Assembly (NCBI GenBank): GCA_032718475.1
Contig: JAUCBJ010001783.1
Span: forward strand, 1 to 64,000
Reading direction: 5' to 3'
DNA length: 64,000 nucleotides
Source: Nemertoderma westbladi
Taxonomy: Eukaryota > Animalia > Xenacoelomorpha
Position 1 is the first letter of the stretch; every line of letters starts with the position of its first letter. Positions 36,401-49,355 of this stretch are shown here, piece after piece. A model generated the notes under the pieces. The model saw nothing but the letters and a program-made list of their open reading frames with translations. It was not told the origin of the DNA and did no database searches. Position numbers and translations under genes: made by a program.

Positions 36401-39114
36401 TGACTATGGTCCAAAATCGCAAATGTCGCGCTTTATTAAATTGCACTTTTTGACACTTTTAGGAACTGACACTTGATCTTACACCATCGTAGATCGGTAG
36501 AGGATAAACATGTGTGTTAAATAGGAGCCACCTTTAGGATCCGCTAAAGTGCACTTGTACAATTAAGTGTGCAAAAGTGCAAATTTTTTGCGAAAATGTC
36601 AAATAGTTCAATAAGGTCAAATAGTTCAATACATTGCTTTCTGTGGTTTTTAACTGTATTCTTTAACATCTGTGTAACATGATAGATACTCACGAAAAGT
36701 TCAACAGACATCAAATATGGCAAAAAAGCAGGTGTGACATTAAATGCACTTTAAACAATAAATAGAGATCAAATAACAAATGGACCTCACAATTAAAAAC
36801 CCGCATAATTTTGAACTTATTATATCGTTTCAAATTAATTCAAAAGTGGATGTTTGGTTTAAGTGGGAAGTTAGATAAACTGCATTTATGTGACAGTGTG
36901 CATTCGGGGGAAGTTTGGTGAACTGCATTTATGCAGTGAATCCAAACTTCCCCTTTGAGATATCATATACTTAAGACACGCTAGGGTGTCGGGGAAATAT
37001 TTGTTACTGTCACACTTTGCTTCCATTTATCCTATCCTGTATTATTACTCTATTCAGATAGAGATAATAATCAGTAATTTAGAACACTAAACTGTCTTTC
37101 ATGCGAACAAAATTCTAACTAAAGACGGGTGAATCACCATGCTGCCATGACCATGGAAATAACTTTAAATATAAATCAAATATTTGGGGAGGCTTCCAAG
37201 TTAAACCCCAAAACAATTATTTCGTTACATATACAGTAAATAACGTTCAATGTTCTTCTTCCTCTCATAATAAAATATAAATTAAATATCTCTGATCGCT
37301 GTAAGAATTTCACAACCAAAATGTTTCAGTGTGATAAGTGTACCACAAGCCCGCGTAAACAGCTGCAAACGCATAGACAACAAATTTAACAAAAGGCTAC
37401 ATGCATACATACAGGTTGGGTTCATGACGAGTGAAAATTGATCGCGTGTAATATAAACTAAATTGCAAGTCCGGCTATCCTCCACTTCCTTACCCAATGG
37501 AAATGTTGTTATAATCTAATATTGGGGCGGCTTTCTCTCGTTTTTTTCTACCTTTTTATAAATGTTATAGAAAAAGGGTTGGTTATCAATTTTTATAAAT
37601 ATTTCTGTTCTAGAACACATTTTACTAGAACATTTTTTGGAAAAAATACCATACTACTAGTCAGGTCAAATATTTGTTTTAGAAAAAAAAACTTAATGAT
37701 AAAAGCCTTTTTATATGAAAAAAAATTGATCAAACAATGGGTACCCACCCAAGGTATAGTAATGCCCGTATTTCACTATGGAAGAAGTTTCGATGGACGA
37801 TATTTATGCTGAACTAGGCCCAGATAAAAGTGAGAGAAGACTTACAACAAACAAAACGACGTAAGTGATGGCAAATAACGCTCGACAAAAAAAGCCAACT
37901 TTTTTTGCCACCACTTAAATAGTTTATTTAAGTGGGTTAAATAAAAAGAAATAAAAAGTAAAATATTTATTTATTTTTCTGGAATTAATTTCGCACTACC
38001 AAATCGCCAGGGCGACATATTTTCGTTCCGTAACGCTATTAAGTGCTATTTTATGAACAATGACGTATATAGAGTTGTTATTATTATCCGAATTTTGGGA
38101 AGATTGATTGGACATTAAAGGGGTTATTTTAAATAGTTATTATAAAAAGATTAAAATAAATCGAAATCTTGGCATATATAACTTAGTTATCTCAACGTAT
38201 CGTGAAACTCGTAGATTCCAGAACCGGCCTTGCATTATAATTGCACTTGTTGATATGTGCTGGATAGTAGGATGCAACTAACTCCTAACAACTAGCATGG
38301 CTTTCTAACTGATAAGTCCTGCTTTTCATTACAAACAAGTTTGTTTTAAACATATTGTTTTAAATAAATTGTACATTGAAAAGGTGTAAGCTGTTATTGA
38401 ATGAAAAATAAACAAATCCAATATACTTCTTAAGATATTTTTTATTTATATTAGAAATAGGTATACTGTATAAATAATTGTTGAGGATTTTTACTTTGGA
38501 CAAAAAAACGATCTGAAATTATTTGGATATTATGATTAATTTGGTTGGACCTAAACCGCTAAACCAAACCCCAATTACAAATATACTACAAAAAATCTAA
38601 CGCAGAAATAAAGTCTTACAAGACTGAATGACCTAACGAGCCAAGCGAGTGAATAATTGAAAAACATGGGCCCGGAAACTAAGGTAACTTACAGAATCGC
38701 CATTGGTAAGTTGAGCTCTGAGAACTAACTCTCTAGTAGAGTTATCTACTAGTAACAATATACTGATACTTAATATATATCGTTATAGGAGTTGGCGAAA
38801 GTGCCAGTTATAAGGGACTGGTGGCGACGGACTGAGGCATTAGAGGAGCCAATGGAAGGTACCACTGCGGGCCTGAAACCATCAGACGGGGGCCGGGCCG
38901 CCAACTGGTGGGTCAAACTGGAAGAGGTTTACCACGACCAGGCAACTACACCAAGCAACTACACGGAGGTCGAAAGCAAATCAGATGAATAAGTAATACT
39001 ATAAATTACCTTCAAAATTATTTATTAAACTCTAACCGACTATTATATTAGGTCCTATATATGCCTGTGTTCTATAACTAATTAAATTCAAATATTTCAA
39101 GTTTTATTTATTAT

Positions 39115-40467
39115 TTATATATAATCTGAAGTTTCGACTTTCGACTTCTTTTTGTTCTCTACTTTTGTTAGTAATGGAATGTCATGTTGATAATGACATT
39201 GACGATTTATTATTCTCTCAAACAAACCCGATATAACTTGATCTCGAGTGAGTCCGTTCAAGAGCGATCTAACCTCATCGTATTGCGGATTGCCTTCCAT
39301 ATTAGCTTCTATAGCTGCTCTGATATCCCGGAAGATGTACCTCTGGAATTCCTCTCCCGATTGCGGCTCATGGTGTTGGGGTTGTGCGGGAGATTGATGC
39401 AGTCTTTGTAACAGTTTCTGTGAATCAGTTCCAGAGAGAAGCAATATCTCGTAGTTATTAATCACAACGGTGAATAAAGAAGGGTTTATTTGCCTGAAAT
39501 TATTCAGTAGTTTCGCGGCAACGTCAAACTCCTTGTGTTTCAACGTAGCGCCCGTTAGCATAAGCTGAATAATTCCTATTCGCAGTCTGCGAGTTGCGGA
39601 AGAGCGTTCCACAAAGTCTTGGTTTATGTTTAGCACAGACGCCGTGTCTTTAGTAAGCTCTTCGTAAATTCTATTGTCTGTGTCGTTAGTTCGAGAAATA
39701 TAAGCAAAAATGCTAACAGCATCGAACCAGAAGTTTGGTGGGAAAGTGGAATTATCCGACGTGTTTCTAATTGCTGAACGAAAATAACTGCCAATTTCGT
39801 TGGCTCGTTTAAACTCATTACTTTCGCAGAAACCGCACATTAGTGAAACTATTTCGAGGTATAATTTGGATCGTTCGTCTAACCTATCGAAAGTAAAGAA
39901 CTTGGGGCATTTATCGAGAACATACTTACACACCTCCCATCCCGTCTCCAAGTCGTCGTATAAGTAGGAAGTAGCGATGAGTCCGTGGAGAATTCGACGT
40001 GCTCTCTGCATTCGGAGCGGGTCGATTTTCATCGTTTTCACTACCGGCGGATCCGCCAGTTTAATCGATTCAATAAAATATTGGAATATAGTCTGCGTAG
40101 TCTTGAAGTGCTCCCGGGTTTTAATGCACATGGTCGCGGCTTCTAAGATGTTCATATTGTACGCCGAGTACGCTACATGATCGGGTACCGATCGTACATT
40201 ATTGTAGTGAGATTCCGCCAAAACATAGATATCGTTCACACTATCTCTCTTATTCAACTCCCTCCGAAAGTTACTGCTATTTTCGATGAATTCTTGGATC
40301 TTAAGATATTCTAACGGCAAGAGAACCCGTCTATTATTACGATTCCTGCCAGCTTGCGAAGGTTTACCGCTATGTTTAGCGCTAGTAGCCGTACCTCTAT
40401 CGGTACTGAATCGTTTCGTGGTCGTCGCAGCCGTCAATCGTTGATAAATAGTCCTGATCTTGAACAT
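39115..40467 (-). CDS. Uncharacterised 450-aa intronless protein, possible mitochondrial helical-repeat protein
   Basis: Long ATG-initiated ORF in AT-rich flanks. The N-terminus is Arg/Lys/Thr-rich and acid-poor (MFKIRTIYQRLTAATTTKRFST). No recognised TE motifs. Confidence 0.7.
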   Translation of the reverse strand: MFKIRTIYQRLTAATTTKRFSTDRGTATSAKHSGKPSQAGRNRNNRRVLLPLEYLKIQEFIENSSNFRRELNKRDSVNDIYVLAESHYNNVRSVPDHVAYSAYNMNILEAATMCIKTREHFKTTQTIFQYFIESIKLADPPVVKTMKIDPLRMQRARRILHGLIATSYLYDDLETGWEVCKYVLDKCPKFFTFDRLDERSKLYLEIVSLMCGFCESNEFKRANEIGSYFRSAIRNTSDNSTFPPNFWFDAVSIFAYISRTNDTDNRIYEELTKDTASVLNINQDFVERSSATRRLRIGIIQLMLTGATLKHKEFDVAAKLLNNFRQINPSLFTVVINNYEILLLSGTDSQKLLQRLHQSPAQPQHHEPQSGEEFQRYIFRDIRAAIEANMEGNPQYDEVRSLLNGLTRDQVISGLFERIINRQCHYQHDIPLLTKVENKKKSKVETSDYI

Positions 40468-40653
40468 GATTGTCAGACAGTCAGATAAAAATCGATACTT
40501 TTGTCATTTTGTGTGTCAAATTCTGAAATTCTTATTGCAGTAGTGGGGGGTGTAGTCGTAGTGTAACTGAAGAGACAGTAGTAGGTACAGAGGTATGCCA
40601 GCTTTCTCAGGTGATTGACGTACACCGGTACACCCCTGCTATTCAATTCACTA

Positions 40654-41555
40654 CCGGTGTAACAGCGGATTCTGTCCCCCCGCGGATATGGTCCGGGGGG
40701 ACCGAATCCGCTAGCGGATTGAGTCCGGGGGGACCGAATCCGCTAGCGGATTCTGTCCCCCCTCCGCAGATTGAGTCCCCCCCTTAAATTATAATTTTAC
40801 AGTACAGTCAGACAGTGCTGAGTGCAGCAGTACTGGTACGGACATAGCAACGTAGGCGTAGCTTATGCATTAAATTATCGGTCAGACCTGCAGACTGATT
40901 AAAATTCAACATTATAGATTCATTATGGATGAGGGATGATTACATGATGAGGAGGAAGATACTGTACTGTCCCTATTACAGTAATAAACATACTGTAGTT
41001 CGAGTTGTCAGGCCTCATTACCTAGGCCTAATATATGTACTGATAGTATTTTCGGGGTGGGGGGGGGGGGGGGGGGGGGGGGGGTGGTATATTCAGTTCA
41101 ACTGTTACACCTAAACCCAACTGAGTAACAGTTATTCATATTCATTCATATTATTAGTTTGCAGGTGGGGAGGATATATTTTCTAATAATAAAAAGGCTA
41201 AAACAATATAACCTCATTACAATAAATTTATCGTACTACGAAATTGGGGAGGAGCAGGTTACACAGACAAGGTTTTCAAACCAGAACAATAAACGATACA
41301 TACTGAATAACCGGTCTGCCAGTACTGTAACCATTGACAATAAGGAAGGGAACGGAGCAGTCTGGCAGTGTATTTTGAATTTATTGCAATAACATTGGGG
41401 GGACCAAATCCGCGAACGAGGACCCAATCCGCTAGCAGATTTGGTCCTAGGGAGACCAAATCTGCTAGCGGATTGGGTCCGGGGGACTAAATCCGCTAGC
41501 AGATCCGGTCCGGGGGGACCGATTCTTCGGGGGACTGAATCCGCTGTTACACCGG
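40654..41555. mobile_element. MITE with CCGGTGTAACAGCGGATTC TIR and TA TSD
   Basis: Perfect 19-bp TIR flanked by TA on both sides. Palindromic subterminal repeats gggggacc.aatccgctagcggatt at both ends. Confidence 0.92.
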
Positions 41556-41569
41556 TATTAAGGTAATTT

Positions 41570-42677
41570 GGGTAAATCTTTTCGACCTACGCGTAGGCCT
41601 ACGCGTAGCTACGCGTAGCTACGCGTAGCTACGCGTAGTTCGCAACATTGGGTCATATATCACCAGTTTCAGAGTTTTAACAATAACTACGCGTAGGTCC
41701 TACGCGACCTACGCATAGGTGCTACCCATAACTATGCCTATACGTCGTTTATCATGAGTAGGCTTACGTATTACAAGCCGTTCAGTACTAAAATAAGACA
41801 CAATTCGGTATGTTCAATAAACAACCCACAACCATCAAATGCTTTCAACAGTAATGCATCCTATACCTGTATACTCTATATAGAGGAATACGCGAAGACT
41901 ACATATTCTTCACTTCATGCGTTGCGGGCGGTAAAATGTGTTAATAATTAATGTTTAGAGTTCAAAAATAGTTTACAAAGGAAATAGGCCGATGGTTCTT
42001 ATCGATTCTCTATGGTTTTTATTGCCTTTGTTCACGATAGGGCAAGGATATACTGTATTTAATATGTTAACCCCTTGACAAGGGAAGGGGGAGACTAAAT
42101 TGTCTACCATGATTGGTTGCACTTGTTATTTGATCAAACAATTTGATTATATGCAGTATTTATCAGCTTTCGCTTAACCTCTTCACCGGTAGACTGGTCG
42201 CTTTATTTACTACTGTTCAATATTTAAATAATCCAATGGAAACAAAGATACTTGAATCATGAGACGTGAATTTTAAGTTTACTTTTTATTCATCCTGTGT
42301 TTGTTTGTGAAAGAGCCGAATATTATTTATTACCAGTGCTGTATGTCGAGATATGAGTTTCCGATTCTGTTATTACATTTGTCTGATAATCAGATACCTG
42401 AAATATACCGATACTTGCTTAACAACTCAACCCTACCGGACCTGAAATGAAAAATCATTGTTATCAGGACTGCTACGCGTAGCACCTACGCGTAGCTACG
42501 CGTAGCACCTACGCGTAGTTTCAAAATACCTACGCGTAGTTCCAAAATAACTACGCGTAGTTTTAAAACACCTACGCGTAGTTGTTAAATAGGCAGTAAG
42601 TCTGGCCCTACCGGTAAATGACAGGAATGGAAGTTACAAACTACGCGTAGATACGCGTAGATCGAAAAGATTTACCC
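41570..42677. mobile_element. MITE with GGGTAAATCTTTTCGA TIR and 7-bp TSD GTAATTT
   Basis: TIRs at 41570 and 42677, gtaattt at 41563-41569 and 42678-42684, and many CTACGCGTAG palindromes at both ends. Confidence 0.92.
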
Positions 42678-44375
42678 GTAATTTGGGCAACAAAGCGACT
42701 GGCGAAGTCCATAGTGCAGTTGTAGTGCTGTAGTGTATCAGAAGATTACTCATTTATGTAAAGGTCACTAAGTCTAGAGTCTGGCAGTCTGAGTTATCCA
42801 CACAGACGGGTGAGTACAATACAAAGACCTCAACCAAGCTTCAGACCTGTACAAAACACATGTGTTAACTTTCGTTTATTGCTTTGGTTCCCCCAACAGG
42901 ACTCTGTAACCTGCTCCTTTACTAACCTGATCCTTTAAATGGCAATGGGACCTAATGCTCTTTGGGACCTAACGCGACTTTACCTCTTGGTTTTGTACAG
43001 AGGGTCTTGAGGTCTTTACTTTGTTTTGTACTCACCCCAGAATTAACCGCTTCTATTGCTCATGGCTCTTCCAGCTTAAATACAAGAGTGGAGGCCAAAA
43101 TACTAATGTAAGCTGGAATTGAACTGTGGTTTGTGCCTAACATAGAGTTCGAGACGGAAGGGAGGGGGGGGGGGGGGGGGAGGGGGGGCGACTGGAGGCC
43201 AATATTTCGAGCCAAGTCGGTAAAAAGAAAAACACGGTTGGGTATATGCTCGGTAAACAGAGTCGGGTTGGGGAAGTCGGAAAAATTTGGAACAGCGATT
43301 CCTAAAATGGCAGGATTACACAATAAACAAAATAATATATACAGTAACCCCTGTTACTACTCGCTTTTAAATGTATCTTTTCAATCGTATTGTTAGAATG
43401 TTTATAATTTGTATACATTTATCGATGCAAGTGCTAATACAGTATATGCCCACTGTTGGATATCATATTAACAAAAATTCCTAACAAAAACATAAACCTT
43501 TGCCACTGACTGACCTTTCAACCTCAATGCTCAATCACAATTACCAAACGATGTGCTCTCTAATTTTATTGTTGTAAATACCATTGTGTAAAGTAATTAT
43601 TGGAACATTTCCATTGCTCGCTGCGCTGTGCGCTCGCATTATTCTATTTGAAATTAGTCTGTAAATGTTAATAACAAAATCCCCTTTCCTCACTGCACAA
43701 TTATGGCAATTTTATTTTCAAACGAAAAATGTTAGGTTGCTCGCTCCATTCGCATATTGTAGAATTGTTGATTGTAGAATACAATAAACTTTAATTAAAT
43801 CTTTAAGCTTTTAATTAAATTAAGCGTTAATTCAATTCATAAAGATTTCGTTGCAAAAATTATTGATAATAAATGGCAAGATATTCACTAAACATAAACC
43901 ATAAATGGTTATATTATCACATCGACATATAGTTTTCTTCACATGTGATAAAATTTGTAAGAGAGTTGTTCCTATTAATTTGTAATATCAATCAATCAAA
44001 TCTGACCTAAATGGATAGGTAAAATTCAATATTCTAGAGGCCTACTCGGTAAAATTTCCATGACTGGAGGCACATCTCATTTCAGTCAATTAATATCTTG
44101 CCTCAAGGGAAAGGAAGTCTCTCAAGGAAAGGAAAATTTCTCTAGGAAATCAGATATAAACACCAGGTGCTTTTTATGCAGGAATGTTTCATAGAGGGTT
44201 TGTAAATATATGATATGAAAAATAATGTCCTCTATAATATCCTTCGTAATAATTATTAAATAAATACTCGCTGTAATTACGGTAATTACAACTTATATAA
44301 ACTTTTAATCACAAATTACTAAAAAATGCTAATAAATAATAATATAAATGTAGACTGCCAACGAGCCAATTACAT

Positions 44376-46034
44376 TTAACCTAAATTAACAGATTGGGAA
44401 ATGCAATAAAATCCATTATGAATTTCTGAATATTTACAAGAACACAACAAAATATCTTTAATAGGTTGTGTCCCAAAGGTAAGCGAATCCAATTCCTCAT
44501 AATTATTGTGATTAACAACAGCTGAGAGTCTGGATTTAGCTTTGGAGAGCTTAGCAATGGTGATGTGAGGAACATACACACCTTCCTTTAAGACGGTCAG
44601 GCCAGACAATTCCAAGCTCGTTGTTAAAAATTCCACCAAGTCCGTAAGGAAATAATTCGTTTTGCATTTAATATAAAGAACTCTATGATGATGGAAACTA
44701 CCGACACCCTTAAATACAAGATCAGTATCCGAGACCCAACCAGACATGTACTCCTCCATCCAATCTCCGATAGAATTGAGTATATCCTTAGCAATATCAA
44801 TATCTTTATCACCAGCAAGTACCAATGGACACAACGTTAAATGTAGCATATCTGTAGGCACCATAGATGAGCTAAGAGTGGCGTGTTTACTGACAATATC
44901 TCCCTGGAATGCTTTAATACTATCAACTAATTCAATATCAGTTAATCTCAACCCAATAAAGTAATTGGGTTTGATCCGAATGGCTTTATCTGATTCTAAA
45001 TTACTGGATTCCAGTTGATCAGTTTGGGAACATTCCATATTTCTGGTGTTTGAGATTGTAGGACCATCGGCCGGTGTTATAAGAAAGTCAACCACTTGGT
45101 CGCATTCCTTGCTAATCTCAGCATTGCTAACTGTATCATTTACTACCAGGATATTCTCATCTACGGAGTTGCCCTTAATGTCCTTTTCGATAAGATCAAA
45201 GACACTACCTGAGTCTCCCGTAGAATTAAAAATAATATCGTATCGTTGCTTTTTATCCCATACCAAGATTCCCTTGTACTTAAAGTATTGTATTCTATGC
45301 TGAGGTACACTCATCTCATTGTCCACTATATCAACCCCATCCCGTCCCCAATTAAAGAAACTGAAGGGTTCTTCCAGAACTCCGTCGAAACGGTCGAGGT
45401 AGCCAACTACGAACCCAGAATCCGGTAGGCGATCGTCCCAAATTATTCGATGAATTACCTCTAAAGCGGTCTTCATCCGTCTCTTCTTTGAGGAGTTCGG
45501 TAACCTTTCCTCTTTACTTGTTTTGTATTTAACCGATTGAAAGTCGGGCGAGGAATCTTTCTCCACACAAACACTAAATTCCGAGGATAGATCATTGATT
45601 GGTGCCCTTGTGGACTTCCGGAAAACGGAACCTTCAGACAAAAGTTCCCCGAGCGGTGCGGATGAGTGAACCCGCGTGCATTTACTGCCGTACCAACACG
45701 CACCACGTCTGTAGAAAGCGCACACCTGGTTTCGATCAACCTCGCTCTCGGGCTCACCTGGGATCCGATTAAACACCTCGGTTACTAAATCGATCAGGAA
45801 CGGTTGGTCAAGCTCGTACTTGTCGGAAATTCCCTTCAATAGATCCTCCGCTGTCTCTGGGAACACCTTCAGTGTCGGCCGCACTCCGGGGTAGCTATCA
45901 GTTGAAACGGAAAAACTGACCCTGCAAGAACATTTCGATGCTCGAATAATTATAGTTTCTCGATTATTCGAATAAGAAATACGCAATTCATCTTCCGTAA
46001 ACATTGACTCTAAGAGTTGTATTTCCTCATCCAT
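44376..46034 (-). CDS. LENG9: LENG9-like protein: RWD + CCCH zinc finger + MJ1316 + AKAP7-like 2H phosphoesterase (552 aa)
   Basis: EEIQLLESMF..YP..P (RWD); CAFYRRGACWYGSKCTRVH; MKTALEVIHRIIWD..FVVGYLDRFDG..PQHRIQYFKY..VWDK (MJ1316); PNYFI, HLTL and PHITI (two HxT motifs). Confidence 0.9.
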   Translation of the reverse strand: MDEEIQLLESMFTEDELRISYSNNRETIIIRASKCSCRVSFSVSTDSYPGVRPTLKVFPETAEDLLKGISDKYELDQPFLIDLVTEVFNRIPGEPESEVDRNQVCAFYRRGACWYGSKCTRVHSSAPLGELLSEGSVFRKSTRAPINDLSSEFSVCVEKDSSPDFQSVKYKTSKEERLPNSSKKRRMKTALEVIHRIIWDDRLPDSGFVVGYLDRFDGVLEEPFSFFNWGRDGVDIVDNEMSVPQHRIQYFKYKGILVWDKKQRYDIIFNSTGDSGSVFDLIEKDIKGNSVDENILVVNDTVSNAEISKECDQVVDFLITPADGPTISNTRNMECSQTDQLESSNLESDKAIRIKPNYFIGLRLTDIELVDSIKAFQGDIVSKHATLSSSMVPTDMLHLTLCPLVLAGDKDIDIAKDILNSIGDWMEEYMSGWVSDTDLVFKGVGSFHHHRVLYIKCKTNYFLTDLVEFLTTSLELSGLTVLKEGVYVPHITIAKLSKAKSRLSAVVNHNNYEELDSLTFGTQPIKDILLCSCKYSEIHNGFYCISQSVNLG

Positions 46035-46443
46035 TTTTCGGAATGTTTCCTACTGTCCGGAATATAACAACACACGAAACAAGAATTATGTCGGGCAAGT
46101 TAATGCAGTAAGTAAAACTATAAACAATTTTAATCAATTTATAATGGATAGCCCTAATAAATATAAAGCAATCCAGGTTGATTGAATTCATCATATAAAA
46201 TAGCACACCTTTTACATCATATTGTGCAATACTGGAAAAGGGGAAGTGGACATTGAGATAGGCTAACTGAAGGATACCACTATTGGTTAAAATGATCAAA
46301 TGACGTCATATTTATTGATAATAATTAATCTGGGTAACAGTGTTTCTCAATATTGTGCATTCTAGGTAGGCCTACACGTTGTAGGCCTACCAACCATACC
46401 GGTAGGCCTACATAAATTCAAGGGTTGCTTTAAACAAGTTACA

Positions 46444-49355
46444 TTGAGTGATGAGGCGGGCCTTACGTGTAAGAAACCATGCCGGTGGAACAGGCATTAT
46501 CTTACGAGGTACCTATAAAATTGAACAACTTAATGGTGGAGAGAAACGTTCATTCGAATACTCAGTTTGGCAACTTCAACAATCACAAATTCACATCTTG
46601 TTAATAATCATCTATCGCCCCCCTTACAGCACAAACCACCCGACTACTTGTTCTATGTTCTTTGAGGATTTTCCATTGTTTATCGAATGCTACATAGCTC
46701 GACAAGAGCGTCTATTGATCCTAGGTGACTTCAACATTCATGTGAACAATCAAACGGATACAAATTCCCTTAAGTTCATTGACCTTATAGAGTGTATGGG
46801 ATTAGAACAGCATGTTCATTGGCCAACCCACGAGTCAGGTAACACATTGGATCTCATTCTCACACGGAACTGCCACGAGTTAAACATCACGGTTGACGAA
46901 CCCTCCTACTTTATATCCGACCATGCAGTTGTTAGTTGCTGTATTGATATCCCAAAACCATCTGCAAACTTAACCAATGTTCAATATCGAAATATCGGAA
47001 AAATTAACTTGAACAATTTCAAACACGATATAACAACATCGGTACTATGTCAGCCTAGTTTCGACGATCTATCAATTGTAAATAAATCCGAACTTTATAA
47101 TTTTACAATTTCGAAACTGATTGATAAACACGCCCCTTTAAAATCGAAAGCAACTAGACTACGAGATGGGAACAAGTGGTTCAGCCATGAGGCGCGCCGC
47201 CTAAAACAACAGCGTCGTAAAGCAGAAAAAAGGTGGTGTAAAACTGGTAAAATAGAAGATAAAGTTAAGTTTAAAGAAATTCGAAACATATACGCAAAAA
47301 AACTAACAACTGATCGCCAGGAATACTATCGTGGATTAATCGGCGCATGCTCAGGTGACCAAAAGAAGCTATTTAATGTAATAAAATCATTATCTAAGCA
47401 AAATCAAGTGATTAAATACCCACAACATAATAATGCTCTAGAACTTGCCAACAATTTCGCAGATTACTTCGCTTCCAAGATTAAACTCATACGTGCTGAA
47501 CTGGATAACGCAGCAGCTGCAAATGACGACGGAGACGTCATTGGAAACGACCATGTAGTAATACCAGATGACATGTCAGCATCCTTATGTAATTTTAACA
47601 CTCTGTCTGCAGAAGAAGTTACGAAACTGGTCAATACTGCACCGAATAAACAATGTCCACAGGATCCCCTACCGACGCAGTTACTGAAGTCTTGTCTACC
47701 GGCTCTCATTCGGCCTATTACTACCATGGTCAATCAATCACTGGAGACTGGAGTGGTCCCGCCACTGTGGAAAATTGGGACAATTGCACCAATACCGAAA
47801 AAACCTTCCTCAGATCGGTCAACAAATGCAATTAAAACTGTTAAAAACATGAACTTTCGCCCAGCTAGTGGCATAGCTTTTATCTCAAAGATAACTGAGA
47901 GGGCAGTAATAGCTCAAGTTCAGCCACACATTGACACCTATTACCAATTGCCAATATTTCAATCGGCGTATAGGAAACATCATAGTACCGAAACGGCCCT
48001 CATCAAAGTCCAATCCGATATTCTCCGAAACATGGATAACAAACAAATTACTTTACTTGTGTTACTTGACCTCAGCGCCGCTTTCGATACTGTAGATCAC
48101 ACTCGACTGATGAACGTCCTTCGAAATCGCCTTCATATCTGCGGCACCTGTCTCAAATGGTTCCGGTCCTTCCTATCTGGCCGAGTCCAACGAGTAGCCA
48201 CGTTAGGGGCCACATCCGACGATCAGCTACTGGAATATGGTTTCCCTCAAGGATCATGCTTATCATGCACACTTTTCCCCAACTACAGTGCTGGCCTCTT
48301 GGAGGTAATACAGCGCCATTTACCATTGGCTGGCCACGGTTTTGCTGATGACCATCAGGTCTACTGCTCCTTCCAACCATTAACATCGTCTAACGAAAGA
48401 GCAGCCATAGAGTCCATGGAAGCCTGCATCGCGGAGATGCGCAGCTGGTTATTAAAACATCGGCTCAAGCTAAACGACGACAAGACTGAATTTATCTTGC
48501 TCGGATCGAAATCTCAATTGAGTAAGCTGTCCTCAATCTCAATTCGCGTTGGAAACTTTGATATCGAACCAGTTAAATCGGTCAGAAACCTTGGAGCCTG
48601 GTTCGACTCCGAGATGAGAATGAATAAATTTATATCTAAAACATGCAGCGCCGCATACTACTACCTGCACAACATTCGCTCAATTCGGAAATATCTCGAC
48701 ACTAAGGCCGCAGAAACAATTATACATGCTCTCGTGACTAGCCGCATAGACTACTGTAACGCCCTTCTCTATGGAGTCCCAAGCTACCAATTACAGAAAC
48801 TCCAACGTGTACAAAACACAGCTGCTAGGTTGCTTACAGGTGTACACAAATACGACCATATATCGCCGACGTTGAAATCCCTCCACTGGCTGCCTGTGCG
48901 CAAACGTGTAGAATTTAAAATACTGCTGATGACGCACAAGGCCTTGGTCGGCCACGCTCCCAAGTATATAATCGAAATGCTCCATAAAGTTAGTCGCGAT
49001 CGCCTCCAAACTAGAAGTTGTAGCACAGTAAGTCTCGTCGAACCACGGTTCCAGTGCTACACTCTCGGGTGGCGGGCGTTCGAGGTATGCGCGCCCCGGC
49101 TGTGGAACAAACTACCAGCTTCGCTACGTGATATCCAGTCTACGGCATCATTCAAAGGAAAACTAAAGACTCACCTGTTTACCCACCCACCTATAAAATA
49201 GACTCATTTTTAGCCGATCGTTTTTAAAAAACTTTGTTTTTACTTTTCTTAATTATGTACTCCACGCGGTTTTCTTTTTATTTAAATTGACTAACCTAAC
49301 TCTGATTAGCGCCATAGAATACTACCGGTAATGTTGGCGCTATACAAATTTACTT
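46444..49355 (+). mobile_element. L2/CR1-group LINE, 5'-truncated, ORF2 open for 917 codons
   Basis: APE motifs YRPP, GDFNIH, GNTLDL, SDH; RT motifs QSAYRKHHSTETAL, LLDLSAAFDTVDH, PQGS, FADD; LHWLPV. The 3' end agcgcca..tggcgctatacaaat is the L2-type stem-loop. Confidence 0.95.

Noticed and set aside
36410-38100. AT-rich region with short repeats shared with 16070-16130, 21285-21370 and 5590-5625
   Set aside because: Probably old DNA-transposon debris. No termini or TSD could be defined.
38790-38995. GC-richer 200-bp island with a 66-aa ORF
   Set aside because: No recognisable motif, termini or splice pattern. Possibly a TE fragment, but unsupported.
46448-49201. Domesticated RT gene
   Set aside because: The endonuclease is 5'-truncated, the ORF start is a GTG rather than an ATG, and it has a normal LINE 3' end. 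It is simply a young insertion.
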